From: a virus
Taxonomy: Duplodnaviria > Caudoviricetes
Strand: one strand, 5' to 3'
Virus record (IMG/VR): IMGVR_UViG_3300025087_001438
Location: 1-51,636 of that record
DNA length: 51,636 nucleotides
Shown in pieces: positions 27,354-36,448 of the stretch. Within the stretch, counting starts at the first letter, position 1. Each line of letters opens with the position of its first letter. Made by a program: the position numbers and the translations under genes. Below the pieces are notes generated by a model. That model was not told the origin of the DNA. It did not search any database and saw only the letters and a program-made list of their open reading frames with translations.

Positions 27354-27588
27354 ATTTATTAACCTGTAGGTAAATTTCACGAATTAAGTCCAAAGTAATC
27401 TTGGATTGGCGGGCGCGGCCAGCCAGAAACCTGACTGTTTCCAGGTCAGGAGCCGCCAGGGCATCTTTACCCAACCCCTGCACACTTAAACGATGCAGTT
27501 TCTTCAAAGCCGTGTAGCCTTCGGTATCATATAAAAGTGCCAGAGCTTCTTTTTCTTTGGCGGACAGTGAGTCCAGAACGCTCTTCAT
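27343..27588 (-). CDS. Hypothetical protein between portal and scaffold genes
   Basis: 81 aa helical ORF preceded by the late motif. Confidence 0.7.
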   Translation of the reverse strand: MKSVLDSLSAKEKEALALLYDTEGYTALKKLHRLSVQGLGKDALAAPDLETVRFLAGRARQSKITLDLIREIYLQVNKSDA

Positions 27589-27618
27589 AATCTAACTGTT
27601 ACAAATTTATTTTATAAA

Positions 27619-27630
27619 AACAATAGTCTA
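27619..27630 (-). promoter_or_regulatory. Late-gene motif copy (TAGACTATTGTT)
   Basis: Includes the portal TAG; 29 nt to ATG 27588. Confidence 0.6.
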
Positions 27631-29814
27631 TTCAGGGCTGGCGAAATTAGTCGGCTCTAAATCGGCTACCTGAGCTTGAGGGATACCCAATTCGGCGCTG
27701 GGGTTGGGCGGAGGTAGTCCAGGTCCGCCAAGGGGTGTTTCCATGCCAGGCATTCCTGCCGCTACCTCCGGTTTAGGCATTAAACCGTGCTGGGCCATCA
27801 AATCAGCCGCCGCTCCAGTGGCTGGATTATTATCATGTTCTTCCATAATGTGGGCCATGATTAACTGTTTAATCTCTTGGGGCAGGTACTTGAACTCCTC
27901 GGTCTGGGTGTACATTAGATGGACTATGGTGTGGTCTTCGCTGGCGTTTTGAGTTCCGGACAATGGCTGTCCGGCGGCTATGACCATGTTCTCGCTCTCG
28001 GCCAGCATCATCATGTCCTTTTTATTCTCGACATTCTTCAGCCATTTTTCCGGTTTGATGTTATTGACTGCCAGAACGTCAGCCGTAGCCGTATTGATAT
28101 CCATGACTGCCATAGTCGCTGGGTTGGATAGCAACAGCCCGAACATCTCAGTCTTTTTGGTCTGCTCGATAGCCTTGCTAATCGGGGTGAAGATATCAGC
28201 GTCCACCGAAACGTCAAAGGAACCTTGGAGATACTTGGCGTATTCTGGTTTAAGAGTCAGGGCTGAGTTGCCTTTGACGTCTTCCATTCGCAGGGATTTC
28301 TTACCATCGTCATCGACAATGGCGAACTTCTTGCCTTGTACGGAGATGGTACGGAATATCTTTTTCTCCCGCTCTTTATTGTTTTGGGTGATTTTCTCTA
28401 GTCTCGGAGTACCATAAAGCCACTGAATATTACTCCACTTCAATCTACCGATACGAATAACAGTATCCATCTCAGCGGAAACCATAATTAGGTTGACCCG
28501 TTTTAGAGAAGTTTCTTTTAAGATAGCCGCTTCGGTAGCCGTGCCGCCCATATTGACCCCTTGAATACGGTCATCTATACCATGGGCCCGGCGGATGTCT
28601 TCCAGCAGGATTTCCTCAGTACGGAAATAAGAAGCTGGGACATCGCCGTATTCCACCGGTACCAGGGCATTTTGGATTGGTTGGCCGCCGGTATCAACAG
28701 AAATCAGACCGTGCGGGCGGGAAACCAAATCTTCGTCGTCAATGTCAAAACTGGTATTATGCATGAACATTTTGTTAATCTGAAGCTTCTGACGGTCCAT
28801 GTTGAGATTTCTAATAGTCTTGCGCTCTTCGGACAGGTAGTGGATGACCTTGGGAATACCCAGACCCCAGAAGCGACCCGGAACCCTATATTGATACATG
28901 ACGGCCAGCGGCAGTTCTTTGTGTTTGGAGGGGAGAGGGCCGTCGTAGATAGTGACGTTGTTGGCTACTACCCAATAAGCGTCAATGGAGCGGTTGTAAT
29001 AGTGTAAAACTTCCACATCCTGCTCGGTGGTGTCTTTAGGTAGTTTGTAATAGGAACGGTTGGAAGTATCGCCGCCTTGGACGACGAACTCGGTGTCGAA
29101 AAAGCCGGATTTGTTCTCATAAATGCGGTGGAACTCCTCGATATTTATAATCTCCCGCTTGAACATATCGTTGGCTTCGTTGATATGCTTGGCTTTTTCG
29201 TCAATATAAATAAATTCGTTGGGTACCCACTCGGTATAATCGTCATCGAAGTCGGTAATTTCCTTGTCGGTGTACTTAATCTCACCGTCATCGTTGACTG
29301 AAGTCGGGTCTTTGACCACCCGTTTGTCCCTCCGCCAGTAATTCATCAGGAACGCAGTGCCCCTAATCGCCGCCGCCAGTTTAGCTAAGAAGTACTGATA
29401 GTCGTAATCGGTATTGTTCATGTTGTAGGTCAGCACGGCGTTGGAGAATTCGGTTATCGGCTCGTCAGACTCTTCGGTTGGGATAAGGTTGGGGCGGGAT
29501 TTGCGCTCAATCGTTTCCTGCATCTGGGCTTGGATGGCGGCAAAAGCGTCCGGGAGATGCAGGTTAGCCCGCCAGTCGTCATCGACACTCTCGCGAAACA
29601 TATTGTATTCTTTATCGGCTAGCTCCCAGTCCTGTTCGGCCTCAGTCCGCAGGGAGTCATCACGCAACCAATAAAAACGTTCATAAACCCGGCGGCGTAC
29701 TAGACGCTGGCGCTTGTTGGGCTTGTAGCGGTTGGCATCCCGTGGTTCGGGTTCCAGTTGGCCAGCTTGTTTTTGCAACCTGGCTAGTTTGGTTTCAAGT
29801 TCGGAGTCAGCCAT
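27628..29814 (-). CDS. Portal protein (P22-like)
   Basis: 728 aa after terL; FWGLGIP, TATEAAI, FDVSVD, Pro/Gly-rich tail. Confidence 0.9.
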   Translation of the reverse strand: MADSELETKLARLQKQAGQLEPEPRDANRYKPNKRQRLVRRRVYERFYWLRDDSLRTEAEQDWELADKEYNMFRESVDDDWRANLHLPDAFAAIQAQMQETIERKSRPNLIPTEESDEPITEFSNAVLTYNMNNTDYDYQYFLAKLAAAIRGTAFLMNYWRRDKRVVKDPTSVNDDGEIKYTDKEITDFDDDYTEWVPNEFIYIDEKAKHINEANDMFKREIINIEEFHRIYENKSGFFDTEFVVQGGDTSNRSYYKLPKDTTEQDVEVLHYYNRSIDAYWVVANNVTIYDGPLPSKHKELPLAVMYQYRVPGRFWGLGIPKVIHYLSEERKTIRNLNMDRQKLQINKMFMHNTSFDIDDEDLVSRPHGLISVDTGGQPIQNALVPVEYGDVPASYFRTEEILLEDIRRAHGIDDRIQGVNMGGTATEAAILKETSLKRVNLIMVSAEMDTVIRIGRLKWSNIQWLYGTPRLEKITQNNKEREKKIFRTISVQGKKFAIVDDDGKKSLRMEDVKGNSALTLKPEYAKYLQGSFDVSVDADIFTPISKAIEQTKKTEMFGLLLSNPATMAVMDINTATADVLAVNNIKPEKWLKNVENKKDMMMLAESENMVIAAGQPLSGTQNASEDHTIVHLMYTQTEEFKYLPQEIKQLIMAHIMEEHDNNPATGAAADLMAQHGLMPKPEVAAGMPGMETPLGGPGLPPPNPSAELGIPQAQVADLEPTNFASPE

Positions 29815-29845
29815 ATCTCACATTAAGATATAGCTAGGTTAAAAG

Positions 29846-29861
29846 CACAATAGTCTGTTCA
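29846..29861 (-). promoter_or_regulatory. Late-gene motif copy (TGAACAGACTATTGTG)
   Basis: Includes the terL TGA; 30 nt to the portal ATG. Confidence 0.75.
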
Positions 29862-31376
29862 ATATCCCGTAACCACCGAACGGGGTTTGACACTCATCAG
29901 GCGTTTTTTAGAGGGCTTGTCGTCACTACCCCAACCCTTAGCATTAGGTGGGGAAGCCCGCTCGGCAATAGTCGCCAAAGAATCTATCATATCATCGTGC
30001 TGGCCTCTAGGAAAATGCAGCAGCTCATACTCCAGCTCTATCAGTTCCGGACATTCTTTAATATGGTAAATGTGGCCAAATTCGTAGAATGGAGCCAACC
30101 CCCTGATACGTTCCTCTTTGGATAGTTTCTGGGAGCGAATTTCCTCCACCGGCAACCAAGTGTTACGCCGTTTCATCTCGTTGTTCAGCTCCACACCGAT
30201 AGATTTTTGGGTGGCGATGGTTTCCAGGTATATCCGCCCAATTTTAATGTCCTGGAAATCACGGTGGGTGTAGATTCTAAAGATTTCATTGATAATATCG
30301 CCATAGGTCATCTTTTGGCGGGTGATATAACGTACATAAATATCCCGCTGGAAGTCCATACCGGCCAGTACTAAAGCAGCGTAGTCTGAGTAAGTACCTT
30401 CGTAGGATGGGTCTACGCTTAAATACCAGTTTATGGGGCGGCCTTTAATTTCTTCTTGGGTCTTGTATTTAATATAGTCACGTTTAAAAACCGCCGTTTC
30501 ATCACTGACAGGACTGTTAAGATATTGACAAGAAAACAAGTAACCACCCAATGATTCTCTCTGGCTGTCAAGGAACTCTTTATCCAACCGTTCGGGGAAA
30601 AATAAAGAACCATCGTCCTTGTAAGCCCCCCTGATTAGAACATTAAAACGGCTCTGTTGGAAGTCAATAATATACTGGTAGAGGTCGGTGAAGTCCCAAT
30701 GCGTCCCCACTACCACCAATGGCTGACCGGGGTCGAGCAGAGCCAATCCCAGTTTGTAGTGTTGGATAACCTGGTCGATTTGTTCCCTATTTGTGACGTT
30801 TTTCTCGGAGTGCAGGTCATCCATAATAATTAAATCGTAGTGCATACCAGTCTTAGTAACGTCAATCCCGGCGGCTGAAATAGTCGGTTCTTTCAAGGGG
30901 CGGGTGCGACAGGGTAGTATCAGCTCAGAGTCCGTCCACAGCCGAGCCTTACTCTTCTTCTCGAAAGGATACATTCCGTGGATAGCCTTAAAAATTTCCC
31001 GGTACTTGGGGTTGCCCATCAGATGTTCGATTATCTCCCGCATAAAAGCCTTGCTCTTGGAGAAGGTTTCAGAGTCTATTAAAATCCGGGCATTCGGCTC
31101 GTTCAGGACATACTGGAGAGTCAAGCCGATAGTCACGATTGAGCTTTTGAACACACCCCGGGGTTCCAGCAGCAGCAGAAAATTCTTGGAGGGGTCAAAC
31201 CCCTCAATATTACTGATACCCGGATGGTTGGGGAGGACGGAAGTCGTGTAATCGCATAGTTCTTGGTGGACGTGGGGCACCATTAAATCGTAGCCCAGCA
31301 CCTCCCTACACAGAAAGTAAAGGTCAGTCCGGCAGCGGAGGGCTATCTTCTGGAGGGCTAAGGTTTGTAAATCCAC
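29859..31376 (-). CDS. terL: Terminase large subunit
   Basis: PRGVFKSS (Walker A variant), GMHYDLIIMDD (Walker B), VVGTHW, SVDP, KEERI, FPRGQHDDMIDSL nuclease motifs. Confidence 0.95.
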   Translation of the reverse strand: MDLQTLALQKIALRCRTDLYFLCREVLGYDLMVPHVHQELCDYTTSVLPNHPGISNIEGFDPSKNFLLLLEPRGVFKSSIVTIGLTLQYVLNEPNARILIDSETFSKSKAFMREIIEHLMGNPKYREIFKAIHGMYPFEKKSKARLWTDSELILPCRTRPLKEPTISAAGIDVTKTGMHYDLIIMDDLHSEKNVTNREQIDQVIQHYKLGLALLDPGQPLVVVGTHWDFTDLYQYIIDFQQSRFNVLIRGAYKDDGSLFFPERLDKEFLDSQRESLGGYLFSCQYLNSPVSDETAVFKRDYIKYKTQEEIKGRPINWYLSVDPSYEGTYSDYAALVLAGMDFQRDIYVRYITRQKMTYGDIINEIFRIYTHRDFQDIKIGRIYLETIATQKSIGVELNNEMKRRNTWLPVEEIRSQKLSKEERIRGLAPFYEFGHIYHIKECPELIELEYELLHFPRGQHDDMIDSLATIAERASPPNAKGWGSDDKPSKKRLMSVKPRSVVTGY

Positions 31377-31389
31377 TGATTAAAGTATA

Positions 31390-31602
31390 TCACTTCCCCC
31401 AGGATTGTTCGGGGACGCATTTCGGACTATCTAGAGGAATACTGTCACCGTAAGGACAACCAGTAGGCGTGTGAGGAATGTATTTATCAGCGCAGCGTCC
31501 GACGGTTTCAGTGCCAGTACAATCGCCATCGTACTTCTCGGCCTGAACGCTTAACGCCCACCCCAGCAAAACAATAGCCAGTATAATTAACAGTTTCTTC
31601 AT
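31390..31602 (-). CDS. Small secreted Cys-containing protein
   Basis: MKKLLIILAIVLLGWALSVQA signal peptide (VQA cleavage site); 4 Cys in the mature part. Confidence 0.7.
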   Translation of the reverse strand: MKKLLIILAIVLLGWALSVQAEKYDGDCTGTETVGRCADKYIPHTPTGCPYGDSIPLDSPKCVPEQSWGK

Positions 31603-31979
31603 TTATTGCCCTTCGTCTTTAGTCGAACAATTAAACCCAACCCATCAACATAGTGTTTTGGTGAACAATACTTTAGTAACTTGAGATGGGTCTTAAACTT
31701 CTGCTCACAATCAGGAAGGAAACAAACTCTTTCAAATACTTCCTTATCAAAATTGTAATAGTTGGGATTCCCACGACTAGTCTGCCACTCGTCAAATGCA
31801 AGGTCTGTCCGGGTTAGCTCAAAATCTAATGTCCGGGTTGATTTGTCCGGGTAATTCGGGTCATTTTGTCCGGGTTGTTCGCCTTGTTTTGTCCGCCTTC
31901 GGTAAGCTTTAGAGCACTTCTCAGAACAGTAGGTAGCTTTACCGCCTATTTCCTTATTACAGTTCAAACAGCTCTTCAT
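31599..31979 (-). CDS. Double Zn-finger-like small protein (126 aa, probably leaderless)
   Basis: CLNC...YCSEKC and C-x4-C...YCSPKH; ATG lies 7 nt after a perfect TATAAT. Confidence 0.75.
   Translation of the reverse strand: MKSCLNCNKEIGGKATYCSEKCSKAYRRRTKQGEQPGQNDPNYPDKSTRTLDFELTRTDLAFDEWQTSRGNPNYYNFDKEVFERVCFLPDCEQKFKTHLKLLKYCSPKHYVDGLGLIVRLKTKGNK
31806..31897. repeat. Iteron-like TGTCCGGGT repeats inside the Zn-finger gene
   Basis: TGTCCGGGT at 31806, 31830, 31844 and 31867; TGTCCG at 31890. Confidence 0.85.
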
Positions 31980-31986
31980 ACCCCTG

Positions 31987-32015
31987 ATTATATATGTCCA
32001 GTTGGACAATGTCAA
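31987..32015 (-). promoter_or_regulatory. Consensus sigma70 promoter with a palindromic operator in its spacer
   Basis: TTGACA (32015-32010), 17 nt, TATAAT (31992-31987); spacer contains TGTCCA-GT-TGGACA. Confidence 0.9.
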
Positions 32016-32408
32016 GTATTATTTTTTTCTACCAGACAAGGAGTTAAATATTTTCTGTCACACAAGGAGTAATGCTAATCCTACACAACAGGAGGTTGAC
32101 GCATCAGATTGGGTGGTCTATGGGGTCTGATTGGGTGGCCCGTGACCCCTGTTAGTAGTGGAGCACGCTACCCCTTAAAACACCATTAAACAGCCTATAA
32201 CCTATATATAATAATGAGTACAGTACACGCTATATGTAGTGGGGGGTGGGTGATACGCTTAGCTTACGCTACTACCCCTGTTAATGTACGACTGCCTGTT
32301 TTGTTAAAAAAAGGTATAAAGTATCAGGTCTTGCCTTTTTAACACCTTAAAAGGGCTTAGAATGGCTAGAAATTAGCTTTAACCCGTTCTATTACTCTTG
32401 CTCGTCTA

Positions 32409-32888
32409 TTATGCTTCTAATACATTACTTGTAGGGGTGGGTTTTTCAGCACTCCGTTTACCGAAAATCACACCAAGCAAGTCCGTCTCGCTGCCATGCT
32501 CTAAAGCTACGGCTATCCTACCTGAATCTACAGGGCTTAAACTTGATGGGGTGGCGCGGTCTAGTAAATCCAAGGCCATGCGTGAAGCATGAAGCCTGGT
32601 GGTATGTTCTGGTAGCTGGGTATCAAAAAAATCACCTTCCACCTGAGCGTACTTGGTAGCTTCCAGTCCGTCTTTAATGGGGGCGAGGGCTTTTTTGAGG
32701 GTTATGCCTTGTCTGTTTAACTCTCTTTGCAGCTCCGTCTGTATTTCAGCTTTTTTCAGCCGCCTGCTAACCGACACTTCACCGGCGTGGACACTCTGGT
32801 CAGGGTAGACTACTGCTGCAATCTGCTTAAGAGTCTTGCCCTTAGCCTTGTGCTTGATTATCTCAATGTCTTTGCTTCTCATAACCAT
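32409..32888 (-). CDS. terS: Terminase small subunit (probable)
   Basis: N-terminal HTH-like segment, SRRLKKAEIQ, DGLEATK...PEHTTRLHA..MALDL pattern; upstream of terL. Confidence 0.7.
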   Translation of the reverse strand: MVMRSKDIEIIKHKAKGKTLKQIAAVVYPDQSVHAGEVSVSRRLKKAEIQTELQRELNRQGITLKKALAPIKDGLEATKYAQVEGDFFDTQLPEHTTRLHASRMALDLLDRATPSSLSPVDSGRIAVALEHGSETDLLGVIFGKRSAEKPTPTSNVLEA

Positions 32889-32987
32889 ATTCTACCATTC
32901 TTTAGTTTTGGGTGGGGTGTTGTGCATACTACACTGGCTGTAACAGATAGAGGTTGTTTATAAGTCTAAGCAAATGTAACATTCTGC

Positions 32988-33016
32988 TTGACCGCCTAGT
33001 ATGTAGGTGCTATGCT
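32988..33016 (+). promoter_or_regulatory. Early sigma70-like promoter
   Basis: TTGACC, 17 nt, TATGCT with extended TGn; sits at the strand switch. Confidence 0.75.
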
Positions 33017-33236
33017 GTTGGCAGAGTTAAGCGAACATAGAGAAACTTAGCTAGTAAGTAAGAAAATATAGGGGTGAGCGAAAGTCAAGCTGGATAATCT
33101 CCGCACGCTTACCACGATTAGTTCGCCCCACAACCTTAACTAACACTTCACAATTTATCTAGGGATTGTCATTAATAAACCTAAGGTGTTACCCACGATC
33201 TAGGGGTTCGCCTTTTGTTCGCTAAATAAGGGGTTG

Positions 33237-33365
33237 ATGATGAGAAAATACACTGTTCGAAAGGTTGGACATCTTAACTGGGGCGTGTTTATCGGGGAAC
33301 ACTTGATAGAAAAGGGTTTTTTCTCGAAAATAGCAGCTCATCAATGGATTAAGCTCAACCGCTAG
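33237..33365 (+). CDS. Small hypothetical protein (42 aa) enclosed by a long RNA stem
   Basis: AAGGGG RBS; MMRKYTVRKVGHLNWGVFIGEHLIEKGFF... Confidence 0.5.
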   Translation: MMRKYTVRKVGHLNWGVFIGEHLIEKGFFSKIAAHQWIKLNR

Positions 33366-33568
33366 CAATTTATTGCTGGCAACCCCTAGATAAAAGAAGC
33401 TTAACAATTAAACGGCAGTTATGCCGGATAACAAGTAACTTTTCCTGCTCCTTTAAGGGGTGGGTGGGCGGTTTTCAATGCTCCGATGAACGGTAGCCAG
33501 TCCGTAGACAGGCGGTATTAGTCATTGTAAGCCAGCCACCCACTCCATAAGAGTAGACAAGGATAAAA

Positions 33569-33769
33569 ATGAAACGTATTACGGTAACACCACTTCAAGA
33601 AGTAAAAGAACGGATAAAACATCAGTTAGTTTACTACCAGCGAGCACAGGAAGAACTGCGAGTCGCTGAGGAGAATGTCCGCACACAAGTAAAAAAACTC
33701 ATGGAAGAAGAAAAGAAGTTGAATAAACTTTACTTCGCTAAGAGAGATTTACTGCGGAACATTAGTTAG
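33569..33769 (+). CDS. Coiled-coil hypothetical early protein
   Basis: 66 aa with AAGGA RBS. Confidence 0.65.
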   Translation: MKRITVTPLQEVKERIKHQLVYYQRAQEELRVAEENVRTQVKKLMEEEKKLNKLYFAKRDLLRNIS

Positions 33770-33911
33770 AACGTACGATTAACTAATACGCTCTTAGGGG
33801 CGGGATAAGCTACTTGTAAAACCACCTCTGTTTAATAACAGTATTATGTAGGGGTGGGCGTTCGAGCATTATGTGAGATTGCTGGAACGCTCAAACTAAG
33901 AAAGGAGTTTT

Positions 33912-34079
33912 ATGAAGAAAATTAGAATTAAGTATATGCCTGAAAAGGACGCTATTTTAGTGATACGACCTAACAAAAGGCGCAAGCACTGGGCTGACGG
34001 CCTGAGTCCAGCCCAAGAAAATAGAGTCATACAACGTCAAGAACGATATAATGAAATAATAAGGATTTGGAATGAGTAA
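33912..34079 (+). CDS. Small hypothetical early protein (55 aa)
   Basis: AAGGAG RBS; MKKIRIKYMPEKDAILVIRP... Confidence 0.6.
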   Translation: MKKIRIKYMPEKDAILVIRPNKRRKHWADGLSPAQENRVIQRQERYNEIIRIWNE

Positions 34080-34233
34080 CCTAACTAACGACATATTTTT
34101 AGAGAACGTTTATGACAAATACTGGGACAAATATTTAGTGGAGTGCAAGACTACTAAAACCCACGCCAACGCTGGTGACTTTTTGGTGTGGCTGGATGAA
34201 AAAGACTTAATCCCTGAGTACCAAGATGAATGA
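34072..34233 (+). CDS. Small hypothetical early protein (53 aa)
   Basis: MSNLTNDIFLENVYDKYW...; overlaps its neighbours. Confidence 0.55.
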   Translation: MSNLTNDIFLENVYDKYWDKYLVECKTTKTHANAGDFLVWLDEKDLIPEYQDE

Positions 34234-34417
34234 TACCGATAGAATGGCCATTGAATTGGAAATTACCGACAAGACCCAAAAGCTGCTTGACTTAGTAGAC
34301 CTCCAGACAATCCAAATAAACGATGTTTTACAGTTATGTGAGGATTATAGGCGATTGCTGGATAAAATGGCTCTCACGGCCTCTGAGAGCGTTAAGGGGC
34401 CATATGTCCGCCAATAA
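34226..34417 (+). CDS. Hypothetical early protein
   Basis: 63 aa in a chain of overlapping ORFs. Confidence 0.55.
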   Translation: MNDTDRMAIELEITDKTQKLLDLVDLQTIQINDVLQLCEDYRRLLDKMALTASESVKGPYVRQ

Positions 34418-34607
34418 CTTCCTAAGCATTGAACCGAAAGGTAATAAATGGCAGGTTTGGGTGCGAGATGATGATATTGGCGGCGGCAGCCTCCGAAAAA
34501 CCTTTAACGATAAGCTAGAGGCCATCGAATACGCCCAAGAAATACAGGATACAGAGCTTATCGAGTACGGTATAAACATTAGTAATGCAAAGGAGCAAAA
34601 TGACTAA
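34404..34607 (+). CDS. Hypothetical early protein
   Basis: MSANNFLSIEPKGNKWQVW...EYGI; AAGGGG RBS. Confidence 0.65.
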   Translation: MSANNFLSIEPKGNKWQVWVRDDDIGGGSLRKTFNDKLEAIEYAQEIQDTELIEYGINISNAKEQND

Positions 34608-34803
34608 GAAACTAACCGCCCCCACTGAGAAAATAGTAACATTTGCTCTAGTATGGGGCGACCAGCGATACTGCGTGAAGTGCCAACAACCCCTAGCCTA
34701 CACCTACCATAGATGGGGCAAAAAGCGTCAGGGTTACTGCGCTAATCCTAAATGTGCGAACTATGCTTTAGTGGCAGCAATGGCTTTGAAGGACAAATCA
34801 TGA
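34600..34803 (+). CDS. Zn-ribbon protein
   Basis: CVKC...CANPKC; AAGGAG RBS. Confidence 0.65.
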   Translation: MTKKLTAPTEKIVTFALVWGDQRYCVKCQQPLAYTYHRWGKKRQGYCANPKCANYALVAAMALKDKS

Positions 34804-35051
34804 CCCAAGAACCTACAGACCTACGCCAAGTACTTTATGAACTAGTGGGTAAGAATGGCTTGTATGGTGTTAGGGTAGAAGCCGCCCACACCAAGATAGT
34901 GGAGCTGGTTATGGATATGATTGGGGAGGACGAACAGGTAGCACCTAAAGACAAGCATTATTATCCTACCACGCCACCAATATTCAACGAGAAAGCTCAT
35001 GTTCGCAATAAATTACGCAGCCAACTAAGACAACGTATAAAGGAGTTATAG
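34800..35051 (+). CDS. Hypothetical early protein
   Basis: ATGA overlap; IGEDE...RNKLRSQLRQRI. Confidence 0.6.
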   Translation: MTQEPTDLRQVLYELVGKNGLYGVRVEAAHTKIVELVMDMIGEDEQVAPKDKHYYPTTPPIFNEKAHVRNKLRSQLRQRIKEL

Positions 35052-35317
35052 ATGTGGAAATGTTGGATATTTGGTCACAATTATTGGAAGCCACCCATTA
35101 AACCTGAGAAGATATTTACAGCTGATGTAGAAAAACGTCTAACCAAGTTAAGAAAGGTTAAATAAATGAGTAAACTATCTGCTCGTAAGAAGCCAATAAT
35201 TGAGAAGTTGAAACATAAAGAGAATTGGACACCTGAACTTCGCTATGTCCATCGCAGTCGGCTTATATTTGGGTTTACTCTGGGGATAATCTTTGGGCTT
35301 GGTTTACGAGGTTTACT

Positions 35318-35572
35318 ATGACCCCTGAAGCTAAGATAGAAGAGATTTTTCATGCTCATTTAGTTAATATCAATATGTTTTACGGTGACATGGATAAAAG
35401 CGAGCAGTGGGAAACTAATCAAGTATGTTTGGTTGACGCCATTCAAGCCCTAATTGTAGAGGCTAGGGTTGATGAGCTAGAAAATAATATATTACAGGGC
35501 AGCAATGAGATTATGATACCCACTTCTGCAATTAAAGGACGCTTGGAAGCACTTAGAAAGGGAAGCGAATGA
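35318..35572 (+). CDS. Hypothetical early protein
   Basis: 84 aa; IQALIVEARVDELE. Confidence 0.6.
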   Translation: MTPEAKIEEIFHAHLVNINMFYGDMDKSEQWETNQVCLVDAIQALIVEARVDELENNILQGSNEIMIPTSAIKGRLEALRKGSE

Positions 35573-35744
35573 GTAAAGTATGGCAACATCGTTTGAGATA
35601 CCACCACCCACGTCTTGAATGGCCAGCGACAGTTCAAGTTTTAATGTATGGGTATGAGGGATTTATTAACCATCAAACTAAACCTAGATGTACATTTGCA
35701 GAGCTTGGTAAGAATTGTCCCCTGGTTAAAGAATTGAACACCCC

Positions 35745-35999
35745 ATGAAGGCTGTAGGGGATAATAGACAAGATATTCTGAATAAGTATTGGGGGGTGTT
35801 TCTAGAATGGAGTAGGTCTGAGCCAAAAGATAGAACATCTAATATGCCTTATCTAGGTGGCTCTAGAATTGATAATTTAGGCTACCAAATAACAAAAAAC
35901 TGGGCAACAATGCCAACCAACGATAACTTCTGGCTATGGTACACAGAATATAAACTCACTCCTACAAGACCCCTTAAGAAGCAAGGAGGTAAGAAATGA
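35745..35999 (+). CDS. Hypothetical early protein
   Basis: 84 aa with ATGA overlaps. Confidence 0.55.
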   Translation: MKAVGDNRQDILNKYWGVFLEWSRSEPKDRTSNMPYLGGSRIDNLGYQITKNWATMPTNDNFWLWYTEYKLTPTRPLKKQGGKK

Positions 36000-36220
36000 G
36001 AAAAATAGGCCGTAGGGGGAGAGAGTACATAAAGTGGAGGGATGAAATAGCGATACCATATTTAGATAAAACCTCTGGGCATTCCTGTAATTGTTGTGGG
36101 GTGGGCGGGAAATTGGACGTGGCGCATAAACTTAAACGGGGGTCGCACCCCCACTTAAAAATGAGTTTAGAAAATATAGAATGGAAGTGCAGAAATTGTC
36201 ACCTGAAAGAACATTTATGA
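35996..36220 (+). CDS. Small HNH-like (NinG/McrA-type) Zn-binding nuclease
   Basis: CNCCG...LDVAH..KRG...ENIEWKCRNCH; GGAGG RBS. Confidence 0.7.
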   Translation: MRKIGRRGREYIKWRDEIAIPYLDKTSGHSCNCCGVGGKLDVAHKLKRGSHPHLKMSLENIEWKCRNCHLKEHL

Positions 36221-36405
36221 AACAAAAAGGACGGATTAAAAAAATACTATGGGTAGAGAGCCGAGGGAAAGATTTGGTAGGGGAGGCCGTACTGGAAGAT
36301 GGCACGATAGGCTCTTTTTGGGTTGGCGGGGATGTCGATGTCTTTTTTGACTCCCTCCAACATAAAATTAAACTACACGTTAAATGGCAGAAAAGTAAGG
36401 GTTGA
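36217..36405 (+). CDS. Hypothetical protein
   Basis: MKQKGRIKKILWVES...; ATGA overlap. Confidence 0.55.
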   Translation: MKQKGRIKKILWVESRGKDLVGEAVLEDGTIGSFWVGGDVDVFFDSLQHKIKLHVKWQKSKG

Positions 36406-36431
36406 CAAGGCATAGCCCTATATGCTATGCT
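36402..36431 (+). promoter_or_regulatory. Sigma70-like promoter
   Basis: TTGACA, 18 nt, TATGCT with extended TGn. Confidence 0.65.
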
Positions 36432-36448
36432 CTCTATGAGAGGGAATT

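Noticed and set aside
31806-31897. CRISPR mini-array
   Set aside because: Repeats are only 9-10 bp with 14-24 bp periods, too short for repeat-spacer units. The Cas4-like gene is a typical standalone phage nuclease and no cas operon is present.
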